A DNA stretch of 64,000 nt, from the NCBI GenBank assembly GCA_028279825.1, contig JANQNA010000003.1, forward strand, positions 30,518 to 94,517. The letters are read 5' to 3'. Position numbers and translations under genes: made by a program. This DNA is from an archaeon. GTDB lineage: Archaea; Aenigmatarchaeota; Aenigmatarchaeia; GW2011-AR5. Below are positions 18,881-29,605 of this stretch, piece by piece (positions within the stretch are counted from its first letter, which is position 1; each line of letters opens with the position of its first letter). The notes under the pieces were generated by a model. It saw only the letters and a list, made by a program, of their open reading frames with translations. It was not told the origin of the DNA and did no database searches.

Positions 18881-20524
18881 CTATTTCTTGAATATAAATT
18901 CGAGATCAATCTCAAATGCAACCACAGGATTTTCTAAATCCCATGAGTTAAGCACGGATGGATGAATCTCGCCTATGAAGCCCAGTGAAGTTTTCCCGAC
19001 GAATATCTCTGCTGTGCGACCTTCTATGAAACTGTCATGCCTGCCTTTTTTCAGGTAGTAATCAATTCCTATGTTGCGGAAAAATGCATCCAATCTTTGT
19101 GATATTGTTTCATAACTCACATTGCCTGTACAGGCAGCTGCTAACTTTTGAACATCCCTTGCCTTTGTTTCCCTGGAGTTGTCCGCAAGGACAACATTAC
19201 CTATCTCAAAAACGGATTGTGGATATTCAACATGCCTGTTTTTAGAGAATATGTCCATTAACCCGGGTATCAGACTTGTTCGGAAAACAGACCAGTTTGC
19301 AGACATAGGTTTTTCTATCTCGACGGCTTCGCCGTCGGTATTCATTCTTGCGTAAAGATCATTTACATTTGTTAATGTGTAAGACATTATTTCCTGGAAT
19401 CCTGCACCAATCATTATCTCTGTAAGCTTGTCTATGATGTGAATCTCTTTAGAGATTCCACCTTTTGTTATAGTTTTCAGTTCTTCAGGTTCTATATCGT
19501 TAAAGCCGTATGAAATTATTACGTCTTCTATTACATCATCTTCATGCATTATATCCTGGCGGTATGCTGGGTACAGAACATCAATCTTCTTTCCTTTCTG
19601 TTTGGCATCATATAGTGATTTTTTCAGAAGAACCAGAATCTCTTCTGTCTTTAGCGTTAATCCCAGCATCTTGTTTACAGAATCAACGTTTATTGTATAT
19701 TTCTTCGGCGTGAGATTTGGTGTAACTTCTGAAGTTTTTTGGTAGTTTACTTTTACAGAATATATCGTCCCGCCGCGCTCTGCAAGTGCAGCAACAAGAA
19801 CGTTTATGGCTGTGTTCAAAAACCTGAGATCAAATCCACTGCATTCTATAAAGACGTCAGTAGTCTTTTCCGTAATCTTTCCGCTAAAATCAGAATTGAT
19901 TATAGGCGGCATCGAGAGGACTTCACCGACAGAGTCAATGAATATAGGAAAGTCTTCCTTCAGCAAGTGTCCAAACTCTTTACCCTTTGGGTGTTTTTCC
20001 AGAATTTCTTTAGGATGTAACTTTTCCTTGAACTCCAAAGGCACAAAACTAATGTCCTTGTCTTTGACAGATTTGAACGTTATCGGGAATTGTAATTGTC
20101 CAACATCATAAACACCTATTGCAACTTCCCTGCGGTTGCTGCCAAACGTACCGGCTACCTTTTCTTGCAGCTGAATCATTTGCGACAACATGTTTTCATC
20201 TATTTTCAGTCCCTTCACAACAGCACACGTTGTAAAAGGTCTAACTTTTTCCACACTCTTGTCCACGTTGACAACGTAGTCAGACTTCTTTACTTCGTAT
20301 TTTGGCAAACCAGGACTATATCTTGCCTTTATCTCTCTTGCAACACCTTCGGCACTCCAAAGGTCAGGACGATTTGTATCCTTAATGTCCAATTTAAGCA
20401 CGTCACCCTCTACCTTATCCAACTCAGTCTTGGCAAACATGACATCATCGCGCAATTCCTCTATAGACAGTTTACGCCCGATTAGTCCGCATAAATCCTT
20501 GTGTGATACATCTATTGTTGGCAT
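18881..20524 (-). CDS. pheT: Phenylalanyl-tRNA synthetase beta subunit
   Basis: About 545 aa with archaeal PheT B3/4 and B5 domains, immediately downstream of pheS. The probable start is MPTIDVSHKDL. Confidence 0.85.
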   Translation of the reverse strand: MPTIDVSHKDLCGLIGRKLSIEELRDDVMFAKTELDKVEGDVLKLDIKDTNRPDLWSAEGVAREIKARYSPGLPKYEVKKSDYVVNVDKSVEKVRPFTTCAVVKGLKIDENMLSQMIQLQEKVAGTFGSNRREVAIGVYDVGQLQFPITFKSVKDKDISFVPLEFKEKLHPKEILEKHPKGKEFGHLLKEDFPIFIDSVGEVLSMPPIINSDFSGKITEKTTDVFIECSGFDLRFLNTAINVLVAALAERGGTIYSVKVNYQKTSEVTPNLTPKKYTINVDSVNKMLGLTLKTEEILVLLKKSLYDAKQKGKKIDVLYPAYRQDIMHEDDVIEDVIISYGFNDIEPEELKTITKGGISKEIHIIDKLTEIMIGAGFQEIMSYTLTNVNDLYARMNTDGEAVEIEKPMSANWSVFRTSLIPGLMDIFSKNRHVEYPQSVFEIGNVVLADNSRETKARDVQKLAAACTGNVSYETISQRLDAFFRNIGIDYYLKKGRHDSFIEGRTAEIFVGKTSLGFIGEIHPSVLNSWDLENPVVAFEIDLEFIFKK

Positions 20525-20525
20525 A

Positions 20526-20756
20526 CTACACCCTTCCATAGAACAATGCTTCCAACTTCTCACCATCTTTTAGCGGTCTCTCATCAAAGAAGGATATCAT
20601 CTGTTCTTTTGTTTCTTCATTCTCGAATATGATAGCAAACTTGTCTTTTTCATTAAACATACACCCTGGCATTAGTATATGGAAATGCCACTTGACTTTG
20701 TTCTTGTAACATTCCTCCGCTTTTTTCAACAATACAGAAAATTCTACTTCATTCAT
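20526..20756 (-). CDS. Hypothetical small protein
   Basis: 76 aa between pheS and pheT (4-nt overlap with pheS). No motif recognised. Confidence 0.4.
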   Translation of the reverse strand: MNEVEFSVLLKKAEECYKNKVKWHFHILMPGCMFNEKDKFAIIFENEETKEQMISFFDERPLKDGEKLEALFYGRV

Positions 20757-21997
20757 ACAACCACCTGTTTTCTCAAAAGATCTAAATTCTGGCTGAACAG
20801 ATCACGAATATCTTTTATTCCAAGCTTGAACATGGCTAGCCTGTCTATTCCCAGTCCCCATGCTATGACAGGAACATCAACACCCAACGGCTGTGTTAAC
20901 TCTTTTCTGAACACACCCGCACCGCAAAATTCTACCCATCCAAGTTCAGGGTGTTTTGCGGACATCTGGACAGACGGTTCCGTAAAAGGATAATAGTCTG
21001 GGAAAAACTTTACCTTCTCAGCACCGGCAAATTCTATTGCAAACTTTTTCAGTATACCCAACAGACTTCGAAAGTTAAGCGTCTCATCTACAACAATACC
21101 TTCTGTCTGGTTAAACTCAACACCATGTGTAGCATCTATTACATCCGGCCTGTAGCATCTTGCTATAGAAAAGTATCTTCCAGGTATTTTACAATTCGTA
21201 AGCGTACGCGCCGACGTAGCCGTGCCGTGTGCACGAGGCATCAACCTTGACGCTTTCTCCGGCGACCACTTATAACCCCAGCCGATGCTGCCTGTAGTCC
21301 ATCCATTTTCGTGCGCAGCTTTTACGTTATCCAGCAAAGCACCGCCAGGAAGATCCCCGTTCTTTGGAGATTTTAGAGAATATGTCTGTGTCCAGTCACG
21401 GCTTGGGTGGTTCTGTGGTTGATACAACGCATCAAAGTTCCAGAATTCTAGCTCAATAGTCGGCCCGATCATTTCCTGAAAACCTAACTCCACCAACTTC
21501 TTTCTTACATCACCGAGAAAAGCATTATACGGATGTCTTTTACCGATGTGCATCTTCTTACCCGGGGATTCAACATTGTACGGACGAAGCTTGACATCCT
21601 TCCATACACCCGATTTAATAAGATCAGTATTCAGTGAAGTTACTTCCTGCCCCTTGTACTTTTCCGCTCTTTTTAACAGATCCTCTCCGCCTTTCTTGAC
21701 AAGTTTTCTGGAAATAAGCGTTTCTACTATAGAAGTTTCCTTGTCATCTGAAACATCCTTTAAACCATTTTGCTGATCTTCTATTTCTTTTGGCTCTTTT
21801 GTTAGGGTTAACTTGCCGTGTACAACTTCTACACAATCATATTTCTTGCACCATTGAAGGGCTATGGAAAATTCTTTACCAAGTTTCTGCGTTGCCTCTT
21901 TCATTTCCACAGGCCCATCCCTTATTAGCTCTATTAACCTCTTCTCAGGTAACCCCTTCTTTAGGTACTTTTTGCCTTCTTCTGTTAGTACATACAT
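20753..21997 (-). CDS. pheS: Phenylalanyl-tRNA synthetase alpha subunit
   Basis: Class II motifs 2 and 3 (FRKELTQPLG...GAGVFRKE / GLGIDRLAM) with an N-terminal winged-helix region. Confidence 0.9.
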   Translation of the reverse strand: MYVLTEEGKKYLKKGLPEKRLIELIRDGPVEMKEATQKLGKEFSIALQWCKKYDCVEVVHGKLTLTKEPKEIEDQQNGLKDVSDDKETSIVETLISRKLVKKGGEDLLKRAEKYKGQEVTSLNTDLIKSGVWKDVKLRPYNVESPGKKMHIGKRHPYNAFLGDVRKKLVELGFQEMIGPTIELEFWNFDALYQPQNHPSRDWTQTYSLKSPKNGDLPGGALLDNVKAAHENGWTTGSIGWGYKWSPEKASRLMPRAHGTATSARTLTNCKIPGRYFSIARCYRPDVIDATHGVEFNQTEGIVVDETLNFRSLLGILKKFAIEFAGAEKVKFFPDYYPFTEPSVQMSAKHPELGWVEFCGAGVFRKELTQPLGVDVPVIAWGLGIDRLAMFKLGIKDIRDLFSQNLDLLRKQVVV

Positions 21998-22031
21998 GAT
22001 ATCACTTTAGATTCATCAAATAAAAACATAG

Positions 22032-22319
22032 TTATTCCTCAACTTTCATATCAACTACTAGCGCCGTTTTTCCAACCCATCCGTCAGTATCAACAAAGTT
22101 AACACCTTTCCCTCTTCCCAGGTATACAGCAACCTCTCCATATCCATATCTAAAACGTCTAATAGCACAGTCAGGGACGGCATTATCCGATTTCATATGT
22201 TCCAAAGTCTCTTCTATCATTTCTGCATAACTACCCCTTGCATTAGCACCGTTAATTTCGATGGTTTTCCCGTCAGGTGCCCTTACCCTAACAACAAAGT
22301 CTTTCTTTTCATATACCAC
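22032..22319 (-). CDS. Hypothetical protein
   Basis: 95 aa with no recognised family. Confidence 0.4.
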   Translation of the reverse strand: MVYEKKDFVVRVRAPDGKTIEINGANARGSYAEMIEETLEHMKSDNAVPDCAIRRFRYGYGEVAVYLGRGKGVNFVDTDGWVGKTALVVDMKVEE

Positions 22320-22470
22320 AGAATCGTCTCCTTCAGTGCTTTATTCAGAAATAGAAACTTAAAGGTAATCAAGTCCTTTGTTAGAATCACTTTTCGAATT
22401 GGTACGGCATCAATCCACCTTAGATCAATAGTTTTAAAGCTAATATATAAATAGGTTAATACGTGATCAG

Positions 22471-23946
22471 ATGACGCAAGAGAAGATAGAAGAAGTGGCC
22501 AGAAGGCGAGGGTTCTTCTGGAAGGGATCAGAGATATACGGCGGACTCTCCGGTTTTTACGATTATGCTCATTTAGGATCAGCTATAAAGATCAAGTGGG
22601 AGAACGAGTGGAGAAAGTTTTTCCTATCTCTGGACGACAATTTCTTTGAAATTCAACCAGCAAATATAATGCACGAAAAAGTGTTCATAGCCTCCGGCCA
22701 TGTTGATTCTTTCGTAGATCCGGTTGTAAAGTGTAAAAAATGCGGTAACTTCGAGAGAGCAGACCAGATACTTGAGCACCATCTCAAAGAGAACTTTGAA
22801 GGAATTGAGCCTAAAGAATTGGAAAATTTGATAAAGAAGCATGATATAAAATGTCCTAAATGCGAGGGTAAGTTCGAAGAAGTCGGGTCATTTAACTTGC
22901 TGTTTCCTTTGACTGTCGGTGCAGAGAATCCGCAAAAGGCTTATCCCCGCGGCGAGACGGCCCAGGGTGTTTACGTAAACTTTGCCCGGGAGTTCGAGTG
23001 CCTAAGAAAAAAATTGCCAATGGGTCTGGCCATCGTGGGCAAAGCCTACAGGAACGAAATCAGCCCTAGAAACTTATTGTTAAGGATGCGTGAGTTTACA
23101 CAGGCAGAACTGCAGATATTCTTTGACCCGGAAAAAATAGAGGAACACCCAAAATTTGAAGAAGTAAGAACTGAAAAACTTCGCGTTCTTTTTGTGAAAA
23201 ACAAAGAATCCAAGGAAATTACGGCTGAAGAATTAACCAACAGATTACCCCAGTTTTATGTTTACCACATGGCCAAGGTACAAAAATTCTTTTTGGAAGT
23301 CATGAAGTTCCCTAAAGAAAAATTCCGGTTCAAGGAGTTATCTGAAGAAGAACGGGCATTCTACAACAAATATCACTGGGATGTTGAACTAGAGCTTAGC
23401 AACGGTTTTACGGAAGTTGGCGGTGTTCACTACAGAACAGACCATGACCTTTCAGGACATCAAAAAGTATCTAAAGAAGACATGTCCGTCTTCACAGATA
23501 AAAAAATCCTGCCGCACGTTCTGGAATTAAGTTTTGGAGTTGATCGTAATGTTTTGGCCCTGCTGGAACTAAATTATCGTGAAGATGAAAGAAACTTTTT
23601 CACGTTTCCCAGAAATGTCTCACCATTCCATTGTGCGGTTTTTCCTTTAGTCAAGAAAGACGGTCTGGACGAATTAGCCACAGAAATAAAAGAGCTGTTG
23701 AAAGAAAACCTTTCTGTGTTCTACGACAATTCAGGAAGCATAGGCCGCAGATACAGGCGAATGGATGAGATCGGTGTGCCGCTTTGTTTAACGGTTGATC
23801 ACAAGTCTTTAGAGGACAAAACCGTAACACTTCGTGATCGCGATTCAATGGCACAGGTTAGGGTGAAAATTAGCGATCTGGAAGATTTTATGCGCAGATT
23901 TTTCAAAGGAGAAGACCTGCAAAACCTCGGAGTTATAGTTAAATAG
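22471..23946 (+). CDS. glyS: Glycyl-tRNA synthetase (archaeal/eukaryotic alpha2 type)
   Basis: MTQEKIEEVARRRGFFWKGSEIYGGLSGFYDY is the N-terminal signature of alpha2 GlyRS, and class II motifs are present. Confidence 0.9.
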   Translation: MTQEKIEEVARRRGFFWKGSEIYGGLSGFYDYAHLGSAIKIKWENEWRKFFLSLDDNFFEIQPANIMHEKVFIASGHVDSFVDPVVKCKKCGNFERADQILEHHLKENFEGIEPKELENLIKKHDIKCPKCEGKFEEVGSFNLLFPLTVGAENPQKAYPRGETAQGVYVNFAREFECLRKKLPMGLAIVGKAYRNEISPRNLLLRMREFTQAELQIFFDPEKIEEHPKFEEVRTEKLRVLFVKNKESKEITAEELTNRLPQFYVYHMAKVQKFFLEVMKFPKEKFRFKELSEEERAFYNKYHWDVELELSNGFTEVGGVHYRTDHDLSGHQKVSKEDMSVFTDKKILPHVLELSFGVDRNVLALLELNYREDERNFFTFPRNVSPFHCAVFPLVKKDGLDELATEIKELLKENLSVFYDNSGSIGRRYRRMDEIGVPLCLTVDHKSLEDKTVTLRDRDSMAQVRVKISDLEDFMRRFFKGEDLQNLGVIVK

Positions 23947-23982
23947 CTAACTGGACAAGTTTTTTGTAAGGGGTGAAGAAAC

Positions 23983-24159
23983 ATGGCAGAAGTCCTTGTT
24001 GTAAAAAGTAAAGTTCGTGAATATGCAAAAAAGAAAAAAATGAACCTTGGCGGTGACGCCGTGACAGCCCTTAGTCGAGAAGTCGCAAGACTTGTAGACA
24101 GAGCTGCTGAACGAGCAAAACAAAACAGAAGATCAACGATCAAGGGAAGAGACATATAA
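23983..24159 (+). CDS. Small histone-fold DNA-binding protein (DUF1931-like)
   Basis: The 58-aa MAEVLVVKSKVREYAKKKKMNLGGDAVTALSREVARLVDRAAERAKQNRRSTIKGRDI matches histone helix2-loop2 (AKxxxRKTIKxxDI). A GGGGTGA Shine-Dalgarno lies 6 nt upstream. It is not in the ORF track. Confidence 0.6.
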   Translation: MAEVLVVKSKVREYAKKKKMNLGGDAVTALSREVARLVDRAAERAKQNRRSTIKGRDI

Positions 24160-24179
24160 AATTTTAGAACTTTTTTATT

Positions 24180-25298
24180 TTATCTTCTTTTACTAAGAAC
24201 ATTTCTTCTTTTTCTTTCATCTCTCTTGCGGCCGTGCTTTCTGAGAACCGTAGACTCTAAATTGTCCATAGTTTCTTGAGCGACTGATACAGGATCCCAT
24301 CCCCAGGCCTTTGCAACGAAAAGACCCATAGGTGTTCCGAATCTTGCCCTTATGGAGTATTTCTGTTTTGAGCCTGTCTTATGATATTTCTCCACATGCA
24401 GGAAAAGGTATTGTATGTCAATCATCTTTCCCATTTTTTGTATAAAGTCTTCAACAGCCTTGTCCATCTTTGCTGTAAAGAGCGGTCCCTCGTCCTTCAT
24501 GCCAACTATCTGAACATGTACTTTCTTCTCTTTTCTTCCAAGAATGAACTCCAGGATATCTTTAGGTGTTACTATCTTTACTTCACCATCCAGAACTATT
24601 GCCTCTTCACTGTTTGCTAGAGACCTTATTGCATCCTTGACTGTGGCATTACCATAAAGCACGACGGGCTTGTGCATGAACGAAGAAACCCTGCTTTCCT
24701 CAACGTTCATCTTCTCTATTGCACCGGATTGTTTGCCTTTGGACAGAGTCCCTCTGCCTTCCAGCAATTTAATCAGATCAACCAGACCAATAACACCAAC
24801 TATGTTTCCTTCATCAACAACAGGAACCCTTGAGACGTTATTGTAAAACATTATGTTTTTTACCTTACCAACATTATCCTCCGGCCTGACATAGTCACAT
24901 CCAGTTGCCACGTCACCAACCGACAGGGCAAGTACGTTTCTGGATACCTTATCCAGAGCCTTCATTATGTCCGTCTCTGAAAGTATTCCAACCATCTGGT
25001 TATCTATTACAGGCAATGCCCGGAAACCAGAGTTGAGCAAAGCTCTTGCAGCGTCACCAACAGTATCCGTGCTTCTCAAGGAAGGCGTACTGACGGCAAC
25101 ATTGCTGACATTTGTCTTTGTAGGGTCAATATTTTTTACCACAACATCCTTCAATGCAACCATACCTGCGTACTTTTTCTCGTAGAGCACAGGCAACTGG
25201 TTTATATCATACTTCTTTATTTTATTGAATGCCACAGAAACCTTTTCTTCAGGGCCGACCGTGACGACATTTCTTACCATTATATCTTTTACTTTCAC
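24180..25298 (-). CDS. CBS-domain protein (two CBS pairs plus C-terminal domain)
   Basis: Repeated CBS motifs (MVRNVVTVGPEEKVSVAFNKIKKYDINQLPV; PVIDNQMVGILSETDIMKAL; VPVVDEGNIVGVIGLVDLIK). Confidence 0.75.
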   Translation of the reverse strand: MKVKDIMVRNVVTVGPEEKVSVAFNKIKKYDINQLPVLYEKKYAGMVALKDVVVKNIDPTKTNVSNVAVSTPSLRSTDTVGDAARALLNSGFRALPVIDNQMVGILSETDIMKALDKVSRNVLALSVGDVATGCDYVRPEDNVGKVKNIMFYNNVSRVPVVDEGNIVGVIGLVDLIKLLEGRGTLSKGKQSGAIEKMNVEESRVSSFMHKPVVLYGNATVKDAIRSLANSEEAIVLDGEVKIVTPKDILEFILGRKEKKVHVQIVGMKDEGPLFTAKMDKAVEDFIQKMGKMIDIQYLFLHVEKYHKTGSKQKYSIRARFGTPMGLFVAKAWGWDPVSVAQETMDNLESTVLRKHGRKRDERKRRNVLSKRR

Positions 25299-25348
25299 TC
25301 GATCACCATATTCATTATAGACAAAGAAGATTTATAGATATATGATAT

Positions 25349-25609
25349 ATGGAAATCATGCTTACTGAAGCACAGATAAGATTCATTAACGACGAAGCGG
25401 AAAAACTCTGCGTTTCCTATGGATTCGGATATGTTCGCGACAAAGATGGGTTAAGCACAGCAACACGTTGCGGTGTTTCAGTCTACAGGATTTGGATAAC
25501 AAAAGGTCGTGGAAAAAGCTACGGTGTTAAAAACGTTACACCTTTAGAAGGAACAAGATACCGGAATAAGTTTTTAGAAAAAGAACTGATAAAAATTCGT
25601 AAACCTTAA
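25349..25609 (+). CDS. Hypothetical protein
   Basis: 86 aa, preceded by an AT-rich TATA-like box. Confidence 0.35.
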   Translation: MEIMLTEAQIRFINDEAEKLCVSYGFGYVRDKDGLSTATRCGVSVYRIWITKGRGKSYGVKNVTPLEGTRYRNKFLEKELIKIRKP

Positions 25610-26196
25610 GGCTTATGTCGTGTTATCTGGTAATAAGTCACGTCGCCTTCATTATCTACAATAGCCCAGAGCATTCTAGCACGTATATTATGTGCAAGTC
25701 TTACCGATCTGGACAGCTCCTGGAAAGAGCAGGCGTAATCTTCTGATATTGAGAATACAATCCACTTGGTGTGCTCTTTAGACGATTTAGGACCCTTTTT
25801 GAGCTGCACACCCCGTTCATACACACGAAAATCACAGCCAAACTTGAAGCCTGTGCGGACCAAAAGTCCTCTCTCGCGTAAGTCTTCATATACTCTGAAT
25901 CGTTCAGCGAAGCGCGGATCAAGTTTACCAGCATGCGCATAAAGTTCCTCAAAATCAACCTGTTTTTTCCCGGAGAAAACCTTTATCCGGCCGCGCTTAA
26001 GCAGCAGCAAAGCTTCTATCAGAGCTAACTCTAGCCTGTCTCCTAACTGCTTTCCGTAGTAACCCGGCTCGTAGACATGCTCTGAGTTTTCTGTGGCTAT
26101 TACTTTGTCGCCTTCCAGCTTCGTGTCTACAACCATCTTGAATGGTTCCGGCTCTACATACTCATTGTCCTCTATTTTTGTTTTCTTCTTTGGCAT
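25606..26196 (-). CDS. endA: tRNA-splicing (intron) endonuclease
   Basis: The EndA catalytic-domain signature YEDLRERGLLVRTGFKFGCDFRVYE with downstream HS/K. The start MPKKKT is chosen because the upstream ORF-track codons overlap tRNA-Phe. Confidence 0.85.
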   Translation of the reverse strand: MPKKKTKIEDNEYVEPEPFKMVVDTKLEGDKVIATENSEHVYEPGYYGKQLGDRLELALIEALLLLKRGRIKVFSGKKQVDFEELYAHAGKLDPRFAERFRVYEDLRERGLLVRTGFKFGCDFRVYERGVQLKKGPKSSKEHTKWIVFSISEDYACSFQELSRSVRLAHNIRARMLWAIVDNEGDVTYYQITRHKP

Positions 26197-26198
26197 AG

Positions 26199-26272
26199 TG
26201 GGACTGGTGGGATTTGAACCCACAACACCACGGTCTTCAGCCGTGTGCTCTCCCAGGTTGAGCTACAGTCCC
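26199..26272 (-). tRNA. tRNA-Phe (GAA)
   Basis: The reverse complement folds as GGGACTG-TA-GCTC-AACCTGGGA-GAGC-A-CACGG-CTGAAGA-CCGTG-GTGTT-GTGGG-TTCAAAT-CCCAC-CAGTCCC-A. Confidence 0.9.
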
Positions 26273-26313
26273 TTTTACCCATGATTAAACCTCTTTTCAA
26301 AGAAGCTTATAAG

Positions 26314-26386
26314 CGCCTCCGGCAGGGCTCGAACCTGCGACCCTCACGTTAACAGCGTGATGCTCTACCTACTGAGCTACAGAGGC
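26314..26386 (-). tRNA. tRNA-Asn (GTT)
   Basis: The reverse complement folds as GCCTCTG-TA-GCTC-AGTAGGTA-GAGC-A-TCACG-CTGTTAA-CGTGA-GGGTC-GCAGG-TTCGAGC-CCTGC-CGGAGGC-G. Confidence 0.9.
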
Positions 26387-26450
26387 TTGATTGCATGACG
26401 TACGTATTACGTCTATCTATTTAACTAAAACGTAGTATTTAAAAATAGAC

Positions 26451-27542
26451 CTAATCGAGGAATTTTTTCTTCTTCAACTTATCAGGCAGGTACTCCTCAG
26501 ACATGAATTTGAGCCCTCTGTGCGACAGCGCCTCGATTTCCGCTTTGATGCCTTTCTCAATCATGAGATTTATCTCTTTCTGCCAGGCAGGTTTCTTGAA
26601 CCAGTCATAATTTAGCAGCTCTTTAGCCCTCTTTATGTCAACATCCCTTGCCTTGATGGTACACTTTTTCAGATCATATTCATAGATATCTGAGATTGTC
26701 AGCCCGATAAACTTGGCTGTTGGTGTAGATATCCTGTCAGACACGTGAGCAAGACTGATAGATCCTGACTTGATAACAGAATAGATGTAGAATCCGTAAC
26801 TGTCAGCATCTGTCATTACGTATACAGGCAGCTTATGTTCCTTGTTCAACCTCTGGATGAGCAGTCTTGTCCCTCTGGACGGCTGTCCTCCCGTACCTAT
26901 CAGAATGCATTTCTGTTTCTGCCAGAATTTGTCCTCGTGCAACCTTTCAAAACCTGCATTCTTCTCGACAACTATTACAGACTCCGCATCTACTTTCTTG
27001 AAATCAACTTCATCCACTGTTGACGGGATTGACCATCCGCCGCTGCCCAGTTTTGACCAGTCAATGATGTCACCACGATCTTTGATCTGCACGTTTCCCG
27101 CGACAATACCCTTCCTGTCTGTCGTCAGATGAAGCTGTTCGCGCAGCACATCCAGCGCAACTTCTAAATCAACTATAATTGGATCACTTTCGCTCTGCAT
27201 ATCAAAAGTATTCTCATGGCTGTCAGGCAGCGTCCGCTTTAAATTGTAGAACATGTCCCTGATGCTTGCGTGTATCTTGTGATCAATAAGTTGTTTAGAA
27301 AAGGAAGCCACCATCAGCGTCTGCATGAACTTCTTTGCATGAGCAACATTGAAGTAGTACCTCCTAGAAGTCTTTGATCCAAGCACCAATTGACCAGATT
27401 TTTTGTCATAAACAACATTGGAGAGTGCTCTTATCGGTATCTCTATGTTCGGATTTTCCTTTTTGGTTATTTCCTGTGTTACCTTAACACCAAGTTTTTT
27501 CAGTTCCCCGTCAACTTTCTCCATTTTTTTCTGTGTTGTCAT
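26451..27542 (-). CDS. top6A: DNA topoisomerase VI subunit A (Spo11-like)
   Basis: 363 aa with a winged-helix/CAP region carrying the catalytic Tyr and a Toprim domain ([19 protein letters not shown]; DADSYGFYI). Confidence 0.88.
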   Translation of the reverse strand: MTTQKKMEKVDGELKKLGVKVTQEITKKENPNIEIPIRALSNVVYDKKSGQLVLGSKTSRRYYFNVAHAKKFMQTLMVASFSKQLIDHKIHASIRDMFYNLKRTLPDSHENTFDMQSESDPIIVDLEVALDVLREQLHLTTDRKGIVAGNVQIKDRGDIIDWSKLGSGGWSIPSTVDEVDFKKVDAESVIVVEKNAGFERLHEDKFWQKQKCILIGTGGQPSRGTRLLIQRLNKEHKLPVYVMTDADSYGFYIYSVIKSGSISLAHVSDRISTPTAKFIGLTISDIYEYDLKKCTIKARDVDIKRAKELLNYDWFKKPAWQKEINLMIEKGIKAEIEALSHRGLKFMSEEYLPDKLKKKKFLD

Positions 27543-29121
27543 CTGTAAACTCCTCCTTTATATGTATCCTGCTCTTCACCAATTCTGTAAGAGATTTTTG
27601 AATATCTTTCTCTTTATGGTCCGTAAGGACCGCCAATGCTTGGGCAACCTCTCCTGAATACCTGTCAAACATTTGAATTCTTCTTTTCTGCTCCCCTGCT
27701 TTTCTTTTCCCGCTCAGAAATGAAGAAAGTTTTCTTCCAGCGTCCTGTATAGCAAGTTTTGTCTCTTTAATTATTTCAGGATATCCTGCAACAGCTTCTT
27801 TACTCTCAGAGACAAACGGTACCCAGACTGAACATATATGTACAACAAGTTTCATTGGACCGGCTGGAAGGTTACTTCCGGACTGCTGCATGTTATACCT
27901 GCGCCAGTCAACTCCCTTGACCGCGTCTGTCAGTGCACATGCACTTTGCTGATACAGCAGCGGAACCTTGTTGGCGAATCTTATAAGTTCTATAGTACTT
28001 TGCCTTTCATCGTCATCCTTTTTCTTTTTTTCTTGCAGGCCATAAACTATGCCGACTTCAATCAGAAACGGAAAACCTCTATATACCTCCGGATCTCTTG
28101 TTATTGACGTTACGAATTCTGCTTCAGGATATTCCTTATTCAGACTCTTCTCCAGCTCTTTGTTGCCTATAGGACTTAGACAATCCGTTGGCGGCCGCTG
28201 CACCTTTGCTTCCTGCATGGATTTTATAAGTTTTTCTATCTGTACCCTGTCAAGTTCATGCGGTTTTTGACTATCAGAGAGCTTTGCACCCTTGACAATT
28301 GCCCTTGCACTGTGCTGGCCAATAGATGAAAATTCATTTGTCAAAAATGCAGTTATTGTTCTTGATTTTGTGTGCTGCAGCAATTTCTTCAGTGTACCAA
28401 ACTCCATGCCGTGCGGGTGTGGCCGCATTGTCTTTGGTGTTCTTGGAAGCTCGTTTACAGACCTTGGAAATATTTTCTTTGTTCCATCAGGCGCCGTGTA
28501 GGTAAGCTTGACAAACGGATTTGATACTGACGTATGTTTTATGTAATCTTCCACTGTTTTTCTATATCTTCCATGCATCTCCATTTCAATTTTGGTGCCG
28601 TGTTCACCGGCAATACCCTTCTCAACTTCTTCCTGTTTCAGGATATCCGGCTCGTTTGTCTGTGTGTTCAGATGCAGCTCACAATAATGTATTTTTTTAC
28701 CGTTCCCCGTCTTCGACCAGACCTTTGTGGGCACGCCTGTTGTTAACTGTGAGTACAGTGTAACACTGCTTATTCCGATACCCTGCTGGCCTCTTGATTG
28801 TTTTAATCTGTGGAACTTTGAACCGTAGAGAAGCTTACCGAGGATCCTCGGTATTTGCGCTTTTACTATACCAGGACCGTTGTCCATTACAGACACAACG
28901 TATATGTCCTCTTTTACGTTCTTTATCTTTATCACGATATCCGGCAGTATGCCGGCCTCTTCGCAGGCATCCAGAGAATTATCAACAGCCTCTTTGACTG
29001 CCATTAACAATGATTTTGTAGGGTTGTCGAAACCGAGCAAATGCTTATTTTTCTCAAAAAACTCACTTACGCTTATTTCTTTCTGTTCTCTTGCAAAATC
29101 CTCTGCAGTTTTCTTACCCAT
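27511..29121 (-). CDS. top6B: DNA topoisomerase VI subunit B (GHKL ATPase)
   Basis: Bergerat-fold motifs [15 protein letters not shown] ... VMDNGPGI ... GQQGIG. 536 aa, overlapping top6A by 32 nt. Confidence 0.88.
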   Translation of the reverse strand: MGKKTAEDFAREQKEISVSEFFEKNKHLLGFDNPTKSLLMAVKEAVDNSLDACEEAGILPDIVIKIKNVKEDIYVVSVMDNGPGIVKAQIPRILGKLLYGSKFHRLKQSRGQQGIGISSVTLYSQLTTGVPTKVWSKTGNGKKIHYCELHLNTQTNEPDILKQEEVEKGIAGEHGTKIEMEMHGRYRKTVEDYIKHTSVSNPFVKLTYTAPDGTKKIFPRSVNELPRTPKTMRPHPHGMEFGTLKKLLQHTKSRTITAFLTNEFSSIGQHSARAIVKGAKLSDSQKPHELDRVQIEKLIKSMQEAKVQRPPTDCLSPIGNKELEKSLNKEYPEAEFVTSITRDPEVYRGFPFLIEVGIVYGLQEKKKKDDDERQSTIELIRFANKVPLLYQQSACALTDAVKGVDWRRYNMQQSGSNLPAGPMKLVVHICSVWVPFVSESKEAVAGYPEIIKETKLAIQDAGRKLSSFLSGKRKAGEQKRRIQMFDRYSGEVAQALAVLTDHKEKDIQKSLTELVKSRIHIKEEFTDDNTEKNGES

Positions 29122-29605
29122 TCTTCTTGCCCTCTAGAAACTTGTATACAAACCTGTGTGACATACCTTTTATAATTTTGCTCACGCCCTGTTCAGCCAG
29201 ATCAACGTTGTCGTATCCTCCTATTATTGATACTGTTTTGCCGTAAACAGATATTTGCGTACCTGTCAGCCTTTCTATATTTCTCCTGCACTTACCGCTC
29301 GTACCTATTAATCTTGCTTTGAGTCTTTTCTGTGTGTTTTCGTTCTTTGGCAGTTCCATTATTGCCAGTGAAGTTTCCTCTTTCAGGAGTATCTTTGCCT
29401 TCACGGGAGAAAAACCTCTTCCTATTGCCTTTACTATGTTCTCCGCCGTGAGGACATTCAGTGAATCCCCCTCTATGATTACTTCTTCCTCTATAAGAAT
29501 TTTTGTTTTGGTTTGTTTTTCTATTTGACGTTTTATAACACCGTTTTTACCTATCAGAACCGGAAGACGTTCGTGTGGAATTTTAATTGTCTTTATCATT
29601 ATCAA
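29114..29605 (-). CDS. KH-domain RNA-binding protein (Dim2/Pno1-like)
   Basis: Two KH-like GxxG motifs ([12 protein letters not shown]; [12 protein letters not shown]). Conserved archaeal neighbour of aIF1A. Confidence 0.7.
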   Translation of the reverse strand: MIMIKTIKIPHERLPVLIGKNGVIKRQIEKQTKTKILIEEEVIIEGDSLNVLTAENIVKAIGRGFSPVKAKILLKEETSLAIMELPKNENTQKRLKARLIGTSGKCRRNIERLTGTQISVYGKTVSIIGGYDNVDLAEQGVSKIIKGMSHRFVYKFLEGKKNG

